A stretch of DNA of 63,977 bases, filler included, from Dimargaris cristalligena (lineage: Eukaryota), in the NCBI GenBank assembly GCA_003614675.1. It is 3 parts of 3 records of this genome, joined end to end, with 100 filler letters (N's around TTAATTAATTAA, not from the genome) between each part and the next. Parts side by side here need not be neighbours in the genome. Positions count along the whole stretch, not along the records: positions 44,523 to 63,977 come from ML002725.1; 2 more parts are not named here. The stretch is one strand, 5' to 3'. Both the position numbers and the translations under genes were made by a program. The number at the start of each line of letters is the position of its first letter. Position 1 is the stretch's first letter. Below, piece by piece: positions 60,516 through 63,977 of the stretch. Below the pieces are notes generated by a model. It searched no databases. It saw only the letters and a list, made by a program, of their open reading frames with translations, and was not told where the DNA came from.

Positions 60516-62737
60516 ACAAGCGTGGATTTTGCTTCTTAACGACTATTTTTTAACTATAATAAGTATGGGGGAGGGGCTGGGCTATTAGAGTTGCCATGTC
60601 TGGGTTGTGTAAATTTGAAGTAATATAAATATATATATTACTAATATAATAAAATGTTTTGCTGTAATCGATAGAAATAATCTATAATCACCCGAGGTTT
60701 GATACTGAAGGGAAATCCAAGTTTTCTGAAATGGGTAGAGAACGCCCTCAATAGGGTCACATACCGAAAGTGAACTATATTAAATCGCTAGGAAAGTAGT
60801 GTAAGGTAATATACCAAGTGTGGGTCATGGGCGAGTGGAGAGACTGGCAATGTCTCACATATACAACTGATAACTACTATCGGGCATCTAACATCGACTA
60901 TTAAAACAAACCACAAACCCTGTAAACTAGAGTCTAGGAGATTTACTGAATATGGGCGACATTATGTATATCAACCAATAGATTTAAATGACTAGTGAGT
61001 GGTATATATAGTAAACCTATTCTGGGCCAGTATAATACGCCTAGCAAACGAATATAATGATTTATGAAACACTGTCGAACCTCACTCATATTGAATATTA
61101 GCCAGGTGGATAGGTCAATTGATAGTCTGGCATTAGTAAATCTTCTAATTAGAAAACCCTTTTTTACCAGCAGGCCTACGCTACCGTACTATATACCAAC
61201 CTCCCATTTAGGTAAACTTATCGCCAATGTGGGCTCCCTATTAGGGATGTAAGTGTAATTATATTATACGCTGTGCTTGAAAAATGGGATGAGCAGCAGC
61301 AGCATAGGCACTTATTAAAACCGGGCTGCTGCGGGGAAATGTCAGTATGACCAGGTGCAAAATTTCCTGGTGTTTACTAGTGAGGGGTAGGCGAACTCCC
61401 GGATGAAGTTCGGGACTTAGCAATACGCTATTGTGGTTAGTGAACTCTTAGCAGAAATCACTGGGGGCTTTCCAGAGCCACTACCATAAACCATGCGGGG
61501 GGTTACCAATACCTCCAAAGATTTATATATACTTGTAGTGAATTGGGAATACGCTATATTACCTTCCAGGTAACAATCCTAGTTGGGATTCTCAAATTAG
61601 GAATCTTAAATATTCCTTTTATTTGTAAGGTCAGGCTTGGGCCAGGCCGTAGGAAAATATCCAAATAGTTTATTCTAATAACCCCCCCCCCCACCATATA
61701 CTCAAGTGATGAGTAAATACACCCAAAAAACCTTATATTTGTTATCCCCAATTGAGTACGTACCGGCTGAGATGCCCTCATAGTGGCACATCCTAAGGAA
61801 AGCCATCTGTTTGGGCTCAGGTCTGGTATTGAAGTAGTTAACCACCACACCACGGTGTAAAGTAATAGAAGTCGGTATAGGATAGCATTTGGGCAAATGG
61901 CCCTGGGAGAAGTTCATTCAGGCTGTATAACGAAAAATCCATTGTATGAGGCCAATATTACTGGTTAAAATCTATTCTCGCATATATTCACCAATACACA
62001 TATTATGTAAAAACTTATACAGCTGGTTTGAATTGCATCCACCTTAATCAATTATAATCCCACGTCTTCACTATAGAGTAAACTTGTTAAGCCAAACTGT
62101 AAGTCACCAGTAAAGCCGATAGATGAACACACTATCCAAATTCTGTCAGCTTCACTGTATCTTTCTAGTGCCACCTGCCCTCAAAGGATTACGCTCTAAC
62201 TGTAGGATTCTGAAGCGTACCACCCTACCAGACCGCATAGTGCCAGTTGACCAGAGTCTATACGTTGCGATGGGCAGCCAATGTAGGAACACCTTAGCAT
62301 TGGATACTAACTGGAGAGTGAAGGTAAATAAATGATTAGAACGTACTTGAGAGGTGTAGGTCTATGAATAAGGGGGTATTGCTTTCGGGAATACTGGTAT
62401 GGGGGGACGGCTCCGCGGGCAGTTGGTCCACGAAAAAACGGCCCAGTATCTGGATAGTATTGAGACTAAACCGAAGGTATTTCTGGGAGCCTGAAAGGCG
62501 GCGAAATTAATTTATAACGAACTCATAGTATTGGTATTTCGAGTAGAGCCGGATATCTTGCCCATGAACAGTGTTTATTTAACTGGTATATTGGTAAGTA
62601 TGCTACGGCACAATTAAGCCTAGTCTAGTGATAACATAGATTTAACTGTCTAGTAGACATTGACCATTGCAAATAGCTACGCATCAATATCGGTTTGGGA
62701 ATATATAAGCAATTGTATTAGAAGTAATTTATATTTA

Positions 62738-63977
62738 TTATTTAACGACAGGTCTACGATCCCAGTATTTAATATTGGCGGTCGCTATTTTTTCTCGAAT
62801 AAAGTAATTGAACAATTTAATTGCGATGTTGAATTTTTCTGGCTGTTTGTCTAGATTCAAGCCTGCCGGGAAAATGATATATGAGAATGTAGGTTCGTCG
62901 CCCAGAAAATCTTTGGAGCTGAAAAATCCAGCGCAATTGTATCCCTGATCATTCGTAAAGAGTTGAATGTTCTGGATTTGAGATAATTGGGTCGCCCCTA
63001 TTCCATAAATGGTCGCAGGCTGGCTTAAATTGTCCTCTGTGGTCTTAATGAACCTTTCTAGTCGTCGTTCGAACGGGCGGGTGTCCTTAGATCGTGAAAA
63101 TGTTTGGGAAGTGCGGTAGCTGCTTGCCCTAACTTTAAACTTGTTTGCTTTGGTTTCGATTTTCTTGCAAATGGCCGGATCTCCTAGTATAAAACACATA
63201 TCCTTAATAGCTTCCTTGGTAAGACTGGCCTCATTCCCGGAATTCACCTCCTCGGGGCTATTTTTAGGAATCACTATTCCAGCGAAGACCTTCTGAGAAA
63301 GTCGCCCACAAAGCCCGAGCGTGTACTTGAACATAAACTCAGGATCATCGATAATAGCCTTGATCTCCTGCTTTTCCCCTTTCGCTTTTGAGATATACAC
63401 CGACTCAGCCTTGGAATCAGTAGCCGCACTCCTATTCACCTGCTCCAAGGTTCTTGACATCGATGTAAACGGCTGACCGACGTCGAGGATATTTACCTGG
63501 TATTCCGGTAGGTTTATGGCGGCCGTCGAAGACGCGGGGTTCATTTTGTGGCGCTTCGGATTGGGGAGAGCGGGGCGGGGACTGTTCCTTAATAGCACAA
63601 TATACCTCGACAAATTAAGGCGAGTTGCTGGGTCCAATGCTCCTAAATCGAAAGTCCCGAGTTGAGCGCTAGTCACGTCTCCGGAGACTTCGTCACCGGC
63701 TTCCCCGGTACTAGAATTCCTGACACGGGTTAACTCGGAGTTTTCGGACAGATTGGGAGGGTTGAGCTGTTGATTGGGGGTGGAAGTAATTGGCGAGCTT
63801 GCAGGATTCGTATATTGGGCATCGTCCGTATCATCGAAATTTAGATATTCCTCAATATCAAACGCTAGCTTGTGTTGGGGATCGCCCGATTAAACATTGG
63901 CGAGATTCGGAACTTGGCTGGCACCGATTTGAGTATCCATTTCCATCGCGTTTTCCGTTTCAGGTAATTGAGGATGG
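62738..63977 (-). pseudogene. Paralog of 44523-45762 with a premature TAA (63890-63892), 5'-truncated at window end
   Basis: Colinear along its whole length with the 44.5-kb ORF. AAC GTT TAT TCG in copy 1 corresponds to AAT GTT TAA TCG here; the rest of the frame is open. Confidence 0.75.

Noticed and set aside
44523..63977. Giant TIR transposon carrying ZW10-IBA57
   Set aside because: The inverted ends are coding paralogs. There is no transposase or recombinase, no target-site duplication is visible, and the cargo is core single-copy genes.

Overview
This is eukaryotic, not prokaryotic, DNA. It has GT-AG spliceosomal introns and conserved single-copy fungal genes. Gene style suggests an early-diverging fungus, possibly Zoopagomycota/Dimargaritales-like, but that is inference. 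Two 100-nt gaps carry an artificial TTAATTAATTAA linker. Recognisable housekeeping genes, in order: TFC4 (partial), a PPR protein, MTO1, VPS41, PRO1, an HSDL2-like SDR, TMA16, PAN2, FRS1, ZW10/DSL1, SEC12, CET1, IFA38/KAR and IBA57. The ORF track breaks or misses many of them because of introns. The most interesting content is a family of unrecognised proteins in AT-rich, gene-poor islands. It comprises one uninterrupted but 5'-truncated ORF (44523-45762 +), an inverted paralog with a premature stop (62738-63977 -), and a probable distant relative with a signal peptide that is now a pseudogene (42301-43502 +). The two close copies share an acidic/aromatic motif, an NLS-like motif and a diverged C-terminal domain, which fits a secreted effector family undergoing birth and death. 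There is also a frameshifted precursor of a small secreted Kex2-type peptide at 4339-4834. I saw no tRNA, rRNA, CRISPR array or transposase.
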